A DNA stretch of 64,000 bases, taken from the NCBI GenBank assembly GCA_051362555.1, contig CM120646.1:18600001-18664000 (forward strand), given 5' to 3'. The position numbers and the translations under genes were made by a program. Shown piece by piece: positions 24,801 through 37,666 of this stretch (position 1 is its first letter; every line of letters begins with the position of its first letter). The notes beneath the pieces are model-generated. The model made no database searches, had not been told where the DNA came from, and was given only the letters and a program-made list of their open reading frames with translations. This stretch comes from Lingula anatina (taxonomy: Eukaryota > Animalia > Brachiopoda).

Positions 24801-26122
24801 TTTATCCTGAGAATGTATGAAGTAATGACTTTGTTTCACAAAATAAATAAATCCAAAAATAAAGAAATAAATACTTTTAAACTAACATTTTCCTTATTTT
24901 AGTGGAGTATTATGGATTTATGTATTCTTAATTGGTGGAGACCAAAATTTTAGATCTTAAAGTCAAGATTCACTGGTCTACAATTGTTTTGTGAACCCCA
25001 GCACTGAGCACCTCCTTACCTCATCCACAGCACTCTACCCCCCCCCCCCCCCGTTAACCCTGACCAACCTCCCCCTTGCCTCATCTATAGCACTCTGAGA
25101 CACCCCCTCCCCCTTTAACCCCACCCCCTTACTTCATCTCTATTACTCTGAGACACCCCCTCCCCCTTTAACCCCACCTCTTTACTTTATCTCTATTACT
25201 CTGAGACACCCCCTCCCCCTTTAACCCCACCCCCTTACTTTATCTCTATTACTCTGAGACACCCCCTCCCCCTTTAACCCCACCCCTTTACTTTATCTCT
25301 ATTGCTCGGAGACACCCCCTCCCCCTTTAACCCCACCCCCTTACTTCATCTCTATTACTCTGAGACACCCCTCCTGTTAACCTGCCTGACCTCCCCCCTT
25401 ACCTCATCTCTAGCACTCTGAGACCCCCCCCTTCCCCTGTCTGCCCCCTTACCTCATCTAGAATGCTCCCCCTCCCCCTTTAACCCCATCCCTTTACTTT
25501 ATCTCTAGCACTCTGAGACACCCCCTCCCCCTTTAACCCCACCCCCTTACTTTATCTCCAGCACTCTGAGACACCCCCTCCCCTTTAACCTCACCCCCTT
25601 ACTTCATCTCTATTACTCTGAGACCCCCCTCCTGTTAACCTGCCTGACCTCCCCCCTTACCTCATCTCTAGCACTCTGAGACCCCCCCCCCCCCCTTCCC
25701 CTGTCTGCCCCCTTACCTCATCTAAAATGCTCTGAGACATCTCTGGCTCTTTTGGCTGCTTGTAGTTAAGACATCTCTGCTTTACTTTTTCAATGTACTC
25801 TTTGGTCTCAGGGTCATCCTCTTCCTCAGACACCAACTCTGGTGCATCAGACTGAAATGAGGAACAAGACATTGAATGCAACTCTGTCTAGGCCATTTCT
25901 GCCCAAAAAAAGTGCATATTGTAGTTTTTGTATGAGGCATCTTTTTCGCTAAGTATTTGGCCATAGCAGTATACAATCTTGTAAAGTTCGCTTATTTTCA
26001 AATGTTTTTTCTGTATCTTAAAATAAACTTATTTTCTCCCAGCCTATAAAACTCCCCAAATTTCTGAACTTAATATCAAAGAAAAAGATGAAAATGTGCA
26101 ACTGCTTTATGTTTTTTCTTTC

Positions 26123-26177
<55 letters not shown>

Positions 26178-29100
26178 GGGGGGGGGGAGGGTAAAACATG
26201 CACTTTGGATTAGATAAAACAAGAACACAATACAGTTTCATGTATAAAGTCACAATCACTAGTTATACTGAAATGAAAAAAAATTATCACAATCCACATT
26301 AGACAATCACCTGTTCGCCATCGTCAGCTGACCCTTCACTGAGTGAGTCATCTGAAGTGGTCAGACTGACCAGGGCAGGCGGCAGCTCGTCTGTCTCAGA
26401 GTCCGAGGAATACTCCTCCCCAGAGGACGGGTCTGTCAGGTCAGGGACATCACTCTCGCTGAATGAAAACAGGATATTAATCTCACTGCTAAGTAAGGCA
26501 ATTTGAATTTGAACAAACATTCTGACCGAATGAATACATGGACAGATACAGACAAACATACATACATACTGTTCTGTCTAAAAAGTGAACCTTTGCTTCA
26601 AATATCTGGGTTTTTCAAATAATTAACTCATAGTAGCTGAGTGACCACAACTACAAATTCAACTGTATATATGTACTGGTCAAATAAAAAATAGTTTCTT
26701 TTTTGATGCATTTCTGTCTATTTCCATGCCCATATGAGTAACCCTGAGACTTTCATACTGAAAATTAAATAATTTAACATAAATCTGATATGTCCTTTTA
26801 TGGTTTTATCAGTTACATATTCCTACCTGTCATTGCCATCTTCTTCTTTTTTCTGAACATCTGAATAATATTATAAACATTAAAAAAGTAAAAAAAAAAT
26901 GAATAAATAAACTTTTAAATCGCTATGATGTTCTTTATTCAAACAGATAACATACTTGCAACAAATTAGCAACTCTTAGAAAAAAACTTGCAAGATATTT
27001 CCTATCTTGAACATTACATTACACACAACAAACTATATTTCTTTTGAAGTTTTCAATTTCGCTTTTTTATCCACCTTGAAAACAACATCAAGCCATCATT
27101 AAAAATAATTTTAAAAAAAATTTTACTTAATCTTTAAAACAGAAGAAAAAACAGAAGAATATTACCTGTGTCTTTTAACTCAACAGTGGGATTGTTAAAG
27201 CGCTCTTGCTGTGTCTCTAAATCTTTAATGTCAGCCTCGGGCGCTCCTAAACTCTTACACATGGTCAGGGCATGGGTGTTTGCCTCCTTGGCCTTGTCTT
27301 TGAAATTCATCTCGTACAGCGACTGGGCATAGCGGTAGTGACCCTGACATTGGGAGAGGAAACTTAAATATCATTACATTCATCACCATGGTAGCATGGA
27401 TAAAACAGGGATTCTGGGGTATTTATTACATTGATGTTTACTGTACATCTACAGCAGAATTATAATATCAATTATGACTTTTCTTTGACAAGGAACTTCT
27501 CTGGGATTTTATACCCTGGGCATTGTCAATTTTTCAGTAATTTTACGATTTAACCAAACACATCCAAAAATTCACTTTTAATGCAGTTCTTGAAAATGAA
27601 AATGTCTTTAAAATGTCTTTTAAAATGTATTAAATTTTTTTCATGTCTTATATGTTTTTCATAGAATAACCATTTTACTGTAATTTAACATGTAACATCC
27701 ACCTTTAGTTGCCAATTAACATTATTATTAGTAGTAGTATAGTCATTCTGATTGCTATTTCACAATGCATGCTTAAAGTAGTTTTACAAAATATCTATTA
27801 CTATATCATCAAAATGAGGTTACAGTTGTTGATGTAGCCTTTGCCTGTTGAGAGTACTCAACGTCTAGCTGCCTCTATTTATATGAAACATAATCTACAC
27901 ACACCAGGTAGCAGCTATATCAACACTGTAGCCCTTCTTCTTAACAGAGAATGTGACTTTACAAACACCATTATATTAGTGAGCAATATCTCTGATATTA
28001 GAATCTGACTGAAGAAAACTACCATTATAGTCACTGTGATTATATACTGTCCATACCTTTGGCCATTCTGGTTTTAAAATCCTGGCTCTTTTGCTATCGC
28101 TTAAAGCTTCCCTGGATCAAACAAAAAATAAGGGATACTGATCAGCAAGTCTAAGTGACAACTTTGTAAATATTTTCAGAGGGGATTTGTTTTTCAAAAA
28201 AAAAAAAAGTAAAATAAAATAAATAATAATAATAAATTTAATTAATGGCAAAGAAAAAATATAAATGAGAATAAAGTAATTAATTTTGCCAATCTGACAT
28301 CTATGAGTCTTATAAGTAAATAATAATTACACAACTGGAAAAGGTACTTAAACAAAATCTAGGTCATGAATTGAAGTACTCCAAATGCCTCATTTATTTT
28401 CCATCTCAGCATCACATTCATTCAAAGAAACAAGTCTATGGCAAATTCAAAGCAACACCTGTCCACATATATCAAAGCTGAGTTGATGCTATTTATAAAT
28501 CTGGACCATAAATATATTAACTATATATTCATACTCATACATGCTGATTTCTTTCTTTCTGTGGTAGGATGTGGCTGACTTTTCATCCCCTCTCAGTACT
28601 AGTAGGCTATCTAAGATAACACCCCCCCCCCCGCCCCCCGACAGAATTCATGACATCCGTTCCACCAGTGCAATCTATTGTATCTCCTCACCCTGCCACA
28701 AATATCACCCTCACACACCCTCCTTACAGAACAAAACATCAACAATGACATCATACAATCATGTATTGCATGGTACAGATGACAGTAACACTGTTATTGC
28801 TACTTTCTAAATCAAAGTTGTCAAGGCCATTTATTTTGTTTTCTTAGGCTGAGGTGATGTGTCGTGAGACTGGATCATGGACGCACTACAACAGCAATAA
28901 ACACACTGTATTTTCAGCCTAATATTAGAATGCAAAACATTTTTCCTAACCTGGCTTTATCTCTCAATATCTGGTGCATCATAATAGGAGAAGTGCATAC
29001 AATAAGGGTGTACTAAAATGCTCAAACTTTCAAAGACCTTGTCGTCAGTGACAGAAACTAGCGCATCTGCGCTGAGCTAGCCCTGCATCTGCAGGTTAGT

Positions 29101-32100
29101 TTTGACTCTTTCAAAACTAGGTCACTGTGTCTTTTAAGTTGTAAACAAGGAGTTGAAGGCTGTGGAATATGCTTTGAACCTCCTTGGGCTTGATAAAAAA
29201 TTAAAATACTACACTGCAACTCTCTGAAGGAAGGCTGGGGTAGAGCTAGTATTATCAGAAATATACTAATTGTGATTTGACTTTATATTTCATATAAAGT
29301 TTTTAAAAAGTCACAATGAAGGGCAAGATTCAATTTATAACTCATAACTGTAACACCCCCACCCCCTGAATTATTTTTGTTATTATTGAAATAATTGTAA
29401 CGGACATATAATTGTACTACCTGGAAAAATCTCTCAAAATTATTGGGCAGCATAACTAAACCCTCTTAGAAAATCTGAGACTGCATTCCTTTTATTTAAG
29501 AAAAAAAAAAAAAAAAAATTCAAGCAAAAATATGTAATTTTTATGATGATGTAAATGATAGAAGAATTAACATTTACTGATTTGTGTAAGGCATGCAAAC
29601 ATAATACTATGGTGGGCACTGCTAATTACTGTAAGAAAATATAAAATGCGCGTTTAACACCGACTTACAATTATTATTACTTTGCTAAACCTTGATTATC
29701 TCTGAATAATAAAATTATATATAAGACTGGTTTGGGCATTCAGGCGTTGCTGTGGTGCAACAGGCATGTGAATTTAAGGATAGTTCTTCTCCATTTATCC
29801 TTTAACAGTCACGACTTAAAAGCCCCTGACATTCACACTGTGAAAAATAATCTTTCCAATACAGCATCTTTTTCCTGATAGTGTACTTTGTACATATATG
29901 ATATAACAGAAAAAAATTAAATATAAACAACACACAGTACAGAATATAACTTATCAGTCAAGTTGAGGTCAATTAGGGCTAATAACTGAATCAAAAACAT
30001 TCGATGTGTGCTTGTCTAGTAGCAGGAGAAAGCATTAATTAATCCTGTTGTCACATTTATTGGTGTAAAAAATGGGTAAACTTTCTCTTCAGCATGCTGG
30101 GAAGACGGAAAACAGGAAGGGAGCATGGCGCCATCAATTTTTCTCACCAATCACGTCAATTTATTTTTACATTTGATGAAACTGATGAGCAATTAAAATG
30201 TATAACAATTTTTCATATTTCTTTTCAAATTACCATTTGAATTCAGACTTTTACTTGAGCATGACCTACGTATAACTTGTAACTTGAAGTTAAACTCACA
30301 TAATTACCAGTAGCATGATTTTAATTATCAATCCTCTATATGTACATCATTCTGTGACATCAGATGTTAATACACTCTTCTACTTATTATATAAATAAAC
30401 AATGAATAACACATGCAATTCATTCAATCAAATTTTTCTGTATTATTCATAATATTGGTCTCTTATGTGCTCATGTGCTGCAACACAAAATATCAATTTA
30501 TTATGTGCATCTTCATATGTGTAAGTGTGCATGGCAGTAGTATGAGTTTAGTGTTTGCATTATACATTTATTTATGAATGCCGATTCACTAAAAAAATCT
30601 AAACACATTTTTTAATAAACTCCCCTTTCAATTTACATTGAGTACATAAACTTTTAAGAGCACTCACTTCTATTTCCCACCTATATATTTTAATATATTC
30701 TAAAATATTAGATGAATGTGATAAATATTACAAGACATGTAGGTATACCGTGTGTACAAATGGAATTTAATCTAGAGTCACTATAAAATCAAAACTGAGC
30801 CCTACTACAGCTAAAACCTTGCCATTTCAAAAACAATGCTTTCATCAAACAATGAAGCATTCAGGAATACATTGAACATTTTAAGTTTCAAGATGTTTAA
30901 TATTAAACAGCTGACAGAGGAACGACATGTTTAGAAGAAACTGCTATTGCAGGCATGAACAAAAAAAAAAAAAAAGCTGAAAAGACGCTTACCTATATTG
31001 TTGAGTCTTGAGATAGGCTTGAGCACGGTTTCCATATAAAATGTGACTGTAGGGGCTAGAATAGCAACCAAACATTATGTCACTGTATGTATGAAATATA
31101 GTTTTATATCTTGCTTATATCTTGACTCATTTAATATTATGTATTATATTTTTATTTAAACCTTGCCAGCCCAGAGGAACTGTCTGCAATATCAAACATT
31201 TTGAATATCCTCTTTAGTTTTAAGCAATCATGACCCCAGGAACAGGTAGTTTCCCCATGTCTGTTCTCTCTCTCTCTCTCTCTATTTTGGAGGTCTATAA
31301 CATGTACAATGGCACGTGGAACCTTTTATCTCTCTTAAAATAAACACTTAAATAGATATAATGATATAATCCATTGACTAAGGACAAGTAGGGCACCACA
31401 AGAGTTCACAAATAGCCATTTGGAATTTCCACATTAAGGGGAATCCCCTCATGATAACAATGCACTCCATGAAGCCATTGTTGAGATATCATTTGACAAC
31501 ACATAGATTTTCCTTCAAGAATTCAGATTGAAAAATTTACACCAGTTTTATAATAAGTTTGTGCAAATTTTGACTATCAAAGTGAATACACAATTTTTAA
31601 AAATTTTATTAAAGCAATATAAGTAATGTGCTGCACATTCTGTTGATTATAAAAAAAGGTAATCATGTCCTCACCTGATTGCTATACCTTTGGTGTAATG
31701 TGCAATTGCACCCTTGAATTTGCCCATGGAGAAAGCTAAATTACCAAGATTTTTAGTATCTTTGCTTTTCTACAAAAAAGAAATTAATAAAATAATAATT
31801 ACTTAAATTGTTAATCCCTGGACTGACGCATTTAATTCCGCAAACTTTACGATATTTTCAAACTAACCAAAATGCAATTCACATACATGAGCTAGCGGGG
31901 CAAAAAGTAATAATCAAAATTGGATGACTAAATGTGTTTTCCTCCAAATTTCATTTTGTTCATTTACAAAGCATGGAGCTTTTCTAAAGAATGAATACAA
32001 CAAATTTAAATATATATTTCCTTGGATGCAAACCAAATATATACACATTAGAAAAAAAAAAAAAACTCATGCAATTAAATAATCATACCTTTTCATCAGC

Positions 32101-34873
32101 TCTGTATTCCTCGTCAAATTTCTCCAACATATCTTTACCCAGGAAGGTTAGATTCACAACATGATTCGAGTCTAAAACCAATATGTAAATCATCTAAAAT
32201 AATTTCAAGAAAACTCATTCACTCTGAATTTAGAGTGAAAATAAAGTGGCTTATAGGTGCATTTTTAATGTATCATGAGCTGGGGCCTCATAATTATATT
32301 TAAGTAGTTTGCTACCGAAAGTGTAAATTTCTCATACTTTCACTCTTGGTTCTACTCTATATGTACTAGACCGGATGTGAAGATTATGCAAATGCAAGTT
32401 ATCAAATTTCCCTGCTTCATGGTTTTAAACTCTGTCGGCACAATTAAGTCAATCTTTCTTTGGTGATACTGGGACTAGCAGTAGGACTTACACTGACGGC
32501 ATGCAAAAAGGAAACTGAACTTGACTTTTCGGTTTCTGCCTGGTAATTCTTTCCTGAAAGATAACATCAGATAAAATGACAGAGTACACTTCTAAGAACA
32601 GAAAAGACCAGAATATTTATTACAAATTAGAAAGGGGTAGCGCTAGCAACTTTTTTCGCTTAGCCAAATCACCACTTTTTTGTCAATTTGTTATCCAAAT
32701 GGTTATAATTTGACTAAAACAAGTCAAATCAAGCCCATTTTGTTTAGCCAATTTATGTTAGTTTTAGCATTTGGCTAAATTGGCAAGTGTTAGCGCTACC
32801 CCAGGTTAATTAATTAAGCCCTTCAAAATGTCTTTGAGCTCTCTCAAGATGACTGCACATCAAATAATGAGTGAGGTCATGCCCCCCACCCCCACCCCCC
32901 AACACGAACATGCAGACAGAGCTTACTTAATGGTCTTGAACATGCTCTGGTTATCAATGAACTTGTCGTATGCTTTAACAGCTTTCTCCCACATGTCCAC
33001 CTTGTCACATGTCTCCACCAGGTTCATTATGACACACAGGCAGGAGGCATCCTTCTGCAAGACAGGACACAAATTATTAGTGAGTTTTATATTGCAAGAA
33101 ATAATGAAAAACAAACAAAATGGCCAGATCCTTCTGAAACAATCTCTCTGCCTATGTGATGAAGAGAACCATCCAATGAAAACCAGGAAAGGTTACAAAT
33201 TGCATTCCCTGAAAAATGTTCACTAGCAGTTAAGACGATAAATAAAAATAATTTCTTTTCATATCGCTGTTCACATTGGGTGGACCTATCTAGATACAAC
33301 CAATCTCAGTCTGACTCGTAATTGCAATGAGCATTTCTCACTGGTCCATATAGCTTACCACAGAGAGCCAATCTATTCCCTCTGTTGTCCCACCCTATGC
33401 CACCATGTTAAACTGAGGGTAATAATGTCTTATTATGATAACCTCACCATAGGCAGCACATCTAATCCCTCTTTTGTTCCACCAACCACCACATTTATGG
33501 TAAATCAAATGCCTCTAAGGTGAGCTTAATTCCTTTCAGATTACCAGCTAAGCCGGGTCTGCCTGTTGTGCCTGTAACATGACACTCTGCTAAAAAAAAA
33601 CCCAGACATTTTTCCCCTGACACTCTGCTAAAAAAACAGACATTTTTGCCCTATCTCAACACAAAAATATGGTCACTCACCAAATGGGAAATAAGGACAT
33701 CAAACACTTTCTCCAGCAACTCAATATTTTCCATCTCCTCTTGCTGTAATGCCTCTACCCTTGCCTCTGTATAACACGAACTGAGCAACAGTCCTGGTAG
33801 AGGAAAACAATACTACTATTATAACTAAGAAAACACAGCACAGCATTAGACATCTTGAAAAGCAAAAATCATGATAGCATATTTCAATATATCAAAATGG
33901 TTATGAAATATTTCATCTGTTATGGTCAATGGTTAATAATCTTATTTTACAAATCAGGCTCACCTGCACACTTGGCCCAGTTCAGCCATTTTTCTGGTTG
34001 ATGGAATTTTTGCCCAAACAAGAAAGGGCTCAGCATGTAAACCTTCACCACCCGCTCTTGCTTCTCTGCATTCTTGCCTTTCATTAACCTCTTGAACCAC
34101 ATTTTTGCTGCCTCTTCTATAAATCAAGAAAAATCAAAACACTGCAAAAGTTGCTGAAGACATGCTAAATATATACCTTTTTTTTAAATTCATTTTCTTT
34201 TCCTAATCGTCTATTATTCTTGAATCATAAATAACTGTGCTTTTGACTTTTTTCTTCTCTTGCCCATCAAAAATAGCAAATTAAGAAATAAATACACTCT
34301 CACATTATTCAATAAAGTTATAGAAAACTAATTCTGGATATGAAAACATGCAAAAAATATTTTTTTGAAATTTTTTAACCAAACAAGAAATCAATCATTC
34401 ATAATTTAAAAATGCTCTAAGACCAATATCACAGAGTCAGCTTTTTCATAGTCAGCTATCCACAATTAGCAGTCTAGACTAAGACTGGGTTCCCACAGAT
34501 TTAGATCAATCCATCTGGATTGACCTAACTCCCTGGGGGTTCACGCTAAATTGCTGTCAGCTGAGCGTGCACGAAAGTTAATTATCCCCTTACAGCTTTT
34601 AGTAGGCGAGACAGACATTTAAGCCGGCTAAGCTGACAACAATCTAGTGAGACTCCCCACGGGGATAGATAGATCTAAAATCTGTGGGAATGCAGTCTAA
34701 GCCCAAAATGTCAGAATTATTTCATGACACAGGCCCCGGTTTAATATAATCGTGTCCTGAATGAAGCTGAACAGTGAAAACTGACCATTGGATCTGGCCT
34801 TGTGTCTCAGGCTCTCCTCCTCACTGTCCGATGCGTCCACTAGGCCTGGCATGTCTGAGTCAGAACCACTCAT
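1716..34873 (-). CDS. TTC3: E3 ubiquitin-protein ligase TTC3-like (TPR repeats, Cys-rich domain, coiled coil, C-terminal RING-H2), about 2234 aa, 35 coding exons
   Basis: Phase-consistent GT-AG exons (6705 nt total): 34873-34786, 34116-33964, 33793-33681, 33054-32927, 32553-32492, 32171-32089, 31769-31675, 31055-30993, 28111-28057, 27343-27166, 26860-26827, 26458-26311, 25851-25717, 24806-24669, 24393-24220, 23830-23750, 23028-22919, 18613-18490, 15769-15650, 14928-14833, 13855-13763, 12964-12674, 11783-11720, 11115-11006, 10811-10615, 8739-8503, 8060-6035, 5536-5397, 4960-4795, 4223-4120, 3950-3848, 3600-3493, 3209-2779, 2552-2186, 1805-1716. TTC3-type motifs: TPR ILYGNRAQAYL..REALSDSKRARILKPEWPKGHYRY; LTWPG; CRNPPQPDAICRY..IYFSDPDFKG..FHINCWK..CFTPDCEG; RING-H2 CIICHEEL..LDCKHRFHRTCISKWFREQSTCPTCR..LLPEDFPNLK*. 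Confidence 0.93.
4563..4765. repeat. Compound (CA)n/CATG microsatellite
   Basis: About 200 bp of cacacacatg-type repeats just past the donor at 4795. It is the source of the HTHT/CVCV ORFs in the track. Confidence 0.95.
8261..8330. repeat. (AC)n microsatellite
   Basis: About 35 perfect AC units. Confidence 0.95.
9871..9953. repeat. Two-copy direct repeat
   Basis: tgctaatagatgacaaaaggcatataatgatatgattag occurs twice with about 44-bp period. Confidence 0.85.
10236..10288. repeat. (TAAA)n microsatellite
   Basis: About 13 TAAA units. Similar runs occur at about 5940, 18825 and 55595. Confidence 0.9.
11143..11301. mobile_element. MITE, 159 bp, 14-bp TIR, 5-bp TSD
   Basis: CAGGGCCGTAGCCT...AGGCTACGGCCCTG termini, GC-rich interior, flanked by CATAA at 11138-11142 and 11302-11306. 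Confidence 0.85.
13878..14146 (-). mobile_element. Short non-autonomous Helentron-associated (HINE/DINE-1-like) element
   Basis: Subterminal inverted repeats acctccgccaagg (13905-13917) / ccttggcggaggt (14131-14143), terminal hairpin, (ACAA/ACAG)n microsatellite at about 14060-14112, CTAGTT end on the - strand, T-rich flanks, no TSD. Confidence 0.75.
14880..15176 (-). repeat. 89-bp tandem repeat (about 3.3 copies) spanning a TTC3-like 3' splice site
   Basis: caattcc recurs at 14922, 15011 and 15100. Copies contain the acceptor region plus the first ~50 nt of exon 14928-14833. Confidence 0.85.
16611..18250. mobile_element. Non-autonomous DNA transposon, 1640 bp, 15-bp perfect TIR, 6-bp TSD (hAT-like termini)
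   Basis: CAGTGATTGCGAAAG at 16611 and CTTTCGCAATCACTG at 18236-18250. TTTACC is duplicated at 16605-16610 and 18251-18256. Subterminal motifs gacatgtgggc and cagcccaca occur at both ends. It interrupts a 27-bp minisatellite and has no transposase ORF. Confidence 0.88.
17404..17555. mobile_element. MITE nested in the 1640-bp transposon
   Basis: CAGGCCCGTAGCCAG...CTGGCTACGGGCCAG (one mismatch). Termini are related to the 11143 MITE. No clear TSD. Confidence 0.7.
18251..18502 (-). repeat. 27/36-bp minisatellite built from an exon end plus 5' splice site; array continues at 16561-16610
   Basis: Minus-strand unit AACATTCAG|GTAAACAACTCACCTGGC translates as (NIQVNNSPG)n in frame with the TTC3-like exon. 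Confidence 0.92.
19073..20640. repeat. 146-bp satellite array, about 11 units
   Basis: Unit starts at 19073, 19218, 19364, 19510, 19656, 19802, 19948, 20094, 20240, 20386 and 20532. Units are near-identical. Confidence 0.97.
20885..21176. mobile_element. IS3EU-like MITE, 292 bp
   Basis: 26-bp perfect TIR TACGGAAGCCGACTGGTGCCATATGT that extends further imperfectly. 6-bp TSD CATTTT at 20879-20884 and 21177-21182. TAC...GTA termini with a 6-bp TSD fit the IS3EU superfamily. Confidence 0.8.
21091..22750. repeat. Tandem duplication of about 820-840 bp
   Basis: 21091-21908 is repeated at 21909-22750 with scattered substitutions and a different microsatellite length. Confidence 0.92.
25005..25740 (-). 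repeat. About 53-bp G-rich minisatellite (about 14 units) derived from an exon end plus 5' splice site
   Basis: Units read TCTCAGAGTGCTAGAGATGAG|GTAAGGGG on the - strand, matching the real exon end TCTCAGAGCATTTTAGATGAG|GTAAGGGG at 25717. Confidence 0.9.
26126..26162. repeat. (AT)n microsatellite
   Basis: About 18 AT units followed by poly-T and poly-G. Confidence 0.9.
32634..32802. mobile_element. Degenerate MITE
   Basis: Imperfect inverted termini ggggtagcgctagca / tgttagcgctacccc with internal inverted ttagccaaa / tttggctaa. Confidence 0.55.
34479..34701. mobile_element. Palindromic MITE-like element
   Basis: agactgggttcccacagatttagatc pairs with gatctaaaatctgtgggaatgcagtct. Internal arms ttgctgtcagct / agctgacaacaa. 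Confidence 0.65.
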
Positions 34874-37666
34874 ATTAACTTGAAAACAAAGTTATAAAAA
34901 ATCTGAAAAAAAAAAAATGGAGAAAAACCTTATTTATATCTATTAGTGTAAATGTTAGCTTTAAGGAAAAACTAGCATCATATTAAATGGGTTTTATTTA
35001 TACATGTGATCCTTGTGCTTTTATGCAGCTAATGAAACGCTTTTAACCCAGCAAACTCTGGTCCTTAATCTTAATTTATGACAAAACTCTCTTTACTTGT
35101 TAAATATTATGTCCTTATACCACTAAGAAATAATTTGTTTGGATATAAATCTCAATTCAAACTCCTACTTGAAGACAAGATTCTTGACAAAAGCATCTTA
35201 TTACTATTAAATTTCTTTATCAGACATGTCACCCCACCTCCTTCAATAAAAAATGTTTACTAGTATAATTTATACATAAAAAAATTCCAAAATTATTTTA
35301 ATAAATACACACCACCACAGACCTCAGTTGTGAATCAATGGAGTAGTAAAGTAGTACAACTGTAGTAAGTTCAGTCTCCCTATCACACACTTCCAAGAAA
35401 ACAGCTATCTGGGGGTCGGTAAATTTTCCAAAATGAACATATAGTATCTCCTTTACTTCGAGGTCAGTAACTTGTGTGCCACTCGTCTGACTGCTGTTTA
35501 CCCAAACTTATCAAGGTGGGGTTATCTTATCATGTGCAGCATTACAACTGATGTCTGTTCACATCAGTTATAAGTTAAAACTTTAGTGGAGTTGTCATGT
35601 CAACTGTGGGACATGTCAACTGATGTGAGGTCTGTTCACATCAGTTTTAAGTTAAAACTGTTTTGGGAAATGGATAAATGAAGTATTTACCAAAGTTGAT
35701 TACCTGTTGCCATATTTTTGACACATGCTTTTAATAAGATCTGTTATCAGTACATTAAGGGCCTAATTTCAAGCAACATGTAAAATCCTCACTTTATTTC
35801 AGATAAACCAGATGCTGGTAAATCTTAACAATGAGAATAATTTATATTTCTTTAACTAGGTCACATTTTATCTCAATTATCTAGTGTAAACAGTATCTTA
35901 AGTATTACCAATGTTACTCCCTTGGATGTTGTAGTGCGTTAGCGTTCTGACTGATAACAAGAATATCACAGATGTGACCTTACATTCATGATGACAGTGG
36001 CTTGTATAACATTATCTAAAAACTTCCCATCCAAGACCAAGCAAAAATGCCAACTTCTATGTCACATTAATTTATTTATAATCAATCCCATAGTTATAAA
36101 CACTATGTTAGGAAAAGATGGGGGAAAACTGGGGCAGTGCTATATTTTGTCCAGAGCACACTTCTGGTTTGAACAACTGCCTCAGCTAGTAGCCAAACTG
36201 TGGCAATTTTTTATTTTTGTCTGAGCAAGCATGACAGAAAATATGGAGAGAAATGACATGGTCTGCACTAGGTAATATGGAAATATGGTGCAGATGCTGA
36301 GTTTATAAATACAACTACAGATTTACAAAAATTCTCAATATAATACAGTAAATACTTACATGTATATTAATAAAAATAATGAGAATCTGTTAAATCTGTT
36401 TTAGTGTCGCTTCAGCTGCTCTAAGAAATACTGGCCTCAAACTAAATGCAATAAATCCCTTCAGCGAGGTACTGGCTTTTTGTTTCGATGTACGTGTAGT
36501 CGAAGCACCTACATATAGCTACAGTAACTGTAGTACTGGCCTTGGAAAGTTAGCACCAATGTTTTCCTGGAATTAGATTTTAAAAATTACACTGTATTTC
36601 TATAAAACCAGTTTAAAAATCTGAATCTATGACTGTAATTTCTAACATATCTGTCATAAAATGAGCTCATATGTTAGTGCTTTTTATGTCAACCTTGCAT
36701 TTACTTGAGCATTCTCTTAAGTAATAAAATACTAAGATTTTGGTAGATGCTTAAATCAAAAGTATTTCCCATATGAAAACAAGGTTAAGGGTACAATCAT
36801 AATTTTTTTAAATTTTGATAAATCTAAGAATATTATGTAATTCTGAGTGTAAATTTATGCACTGCACACAGTCAAACAGTAAAATGTTATGTAAAAATAT
36901 AGCTGTTTGTACAGAAGTCTTCACTGAATACCAGTAAGTGTAAGGTAATTCACCAATTCTAAGGTAAAAAAAAAAACACAAAACAATTCACCTTAAATGT
37001 AGATGACTGCATGAACACAGAATGGACAGAACTCGCTAAACTCACAGTTCGGACACTGAAGGTGAACTACGCAGTAATTACTAATAAGCTAGCATGCTTG
37101 CTATTTTGTTGTTATGCAGTTATTGTTGTCTTTTCTCTCCCTGAAATCATTCAATCCCTTGTACCTATTATAATGACTGACCTCAATAAAATACAATGGC
37201 AATGCATTTTTCTCCATTGTATACTTAAGAGCAGTCATGTTCATAGTCAATAAACCCACATTTTATGATGCAGGTGTTTTACTTGTTTAAACACAAAGAT
37301 CCCAGTAAACTTATTTCATTTTAAGTCAAAAGATGTGATCAAAAGATGTGATTTGGTTGTCATGCTAAATGCAATTACCGTGTCTTGCTTTATTATGGGT
37401 TTAGGGGAATGTATTTTCTACAACTACTTGTAACAACTTAGGCTCATAATGCCATCCAATAAGCGATGACTACTACTTACTAAATGTACTGTAAAGGTGC
37501 GCGCCCAACACATGATACATCATCATATGGGTTTTTTTGTACTGAACGAAACTTTGGGGAATCACCTTGCCTCAACTATTTTTGGGCATGACATAAGGAT
37601 CTCGCACGTAATACTCTCGCAAGGATGAGAAACACCACCAAACTTCATGATACTTTCCCAACTCAC

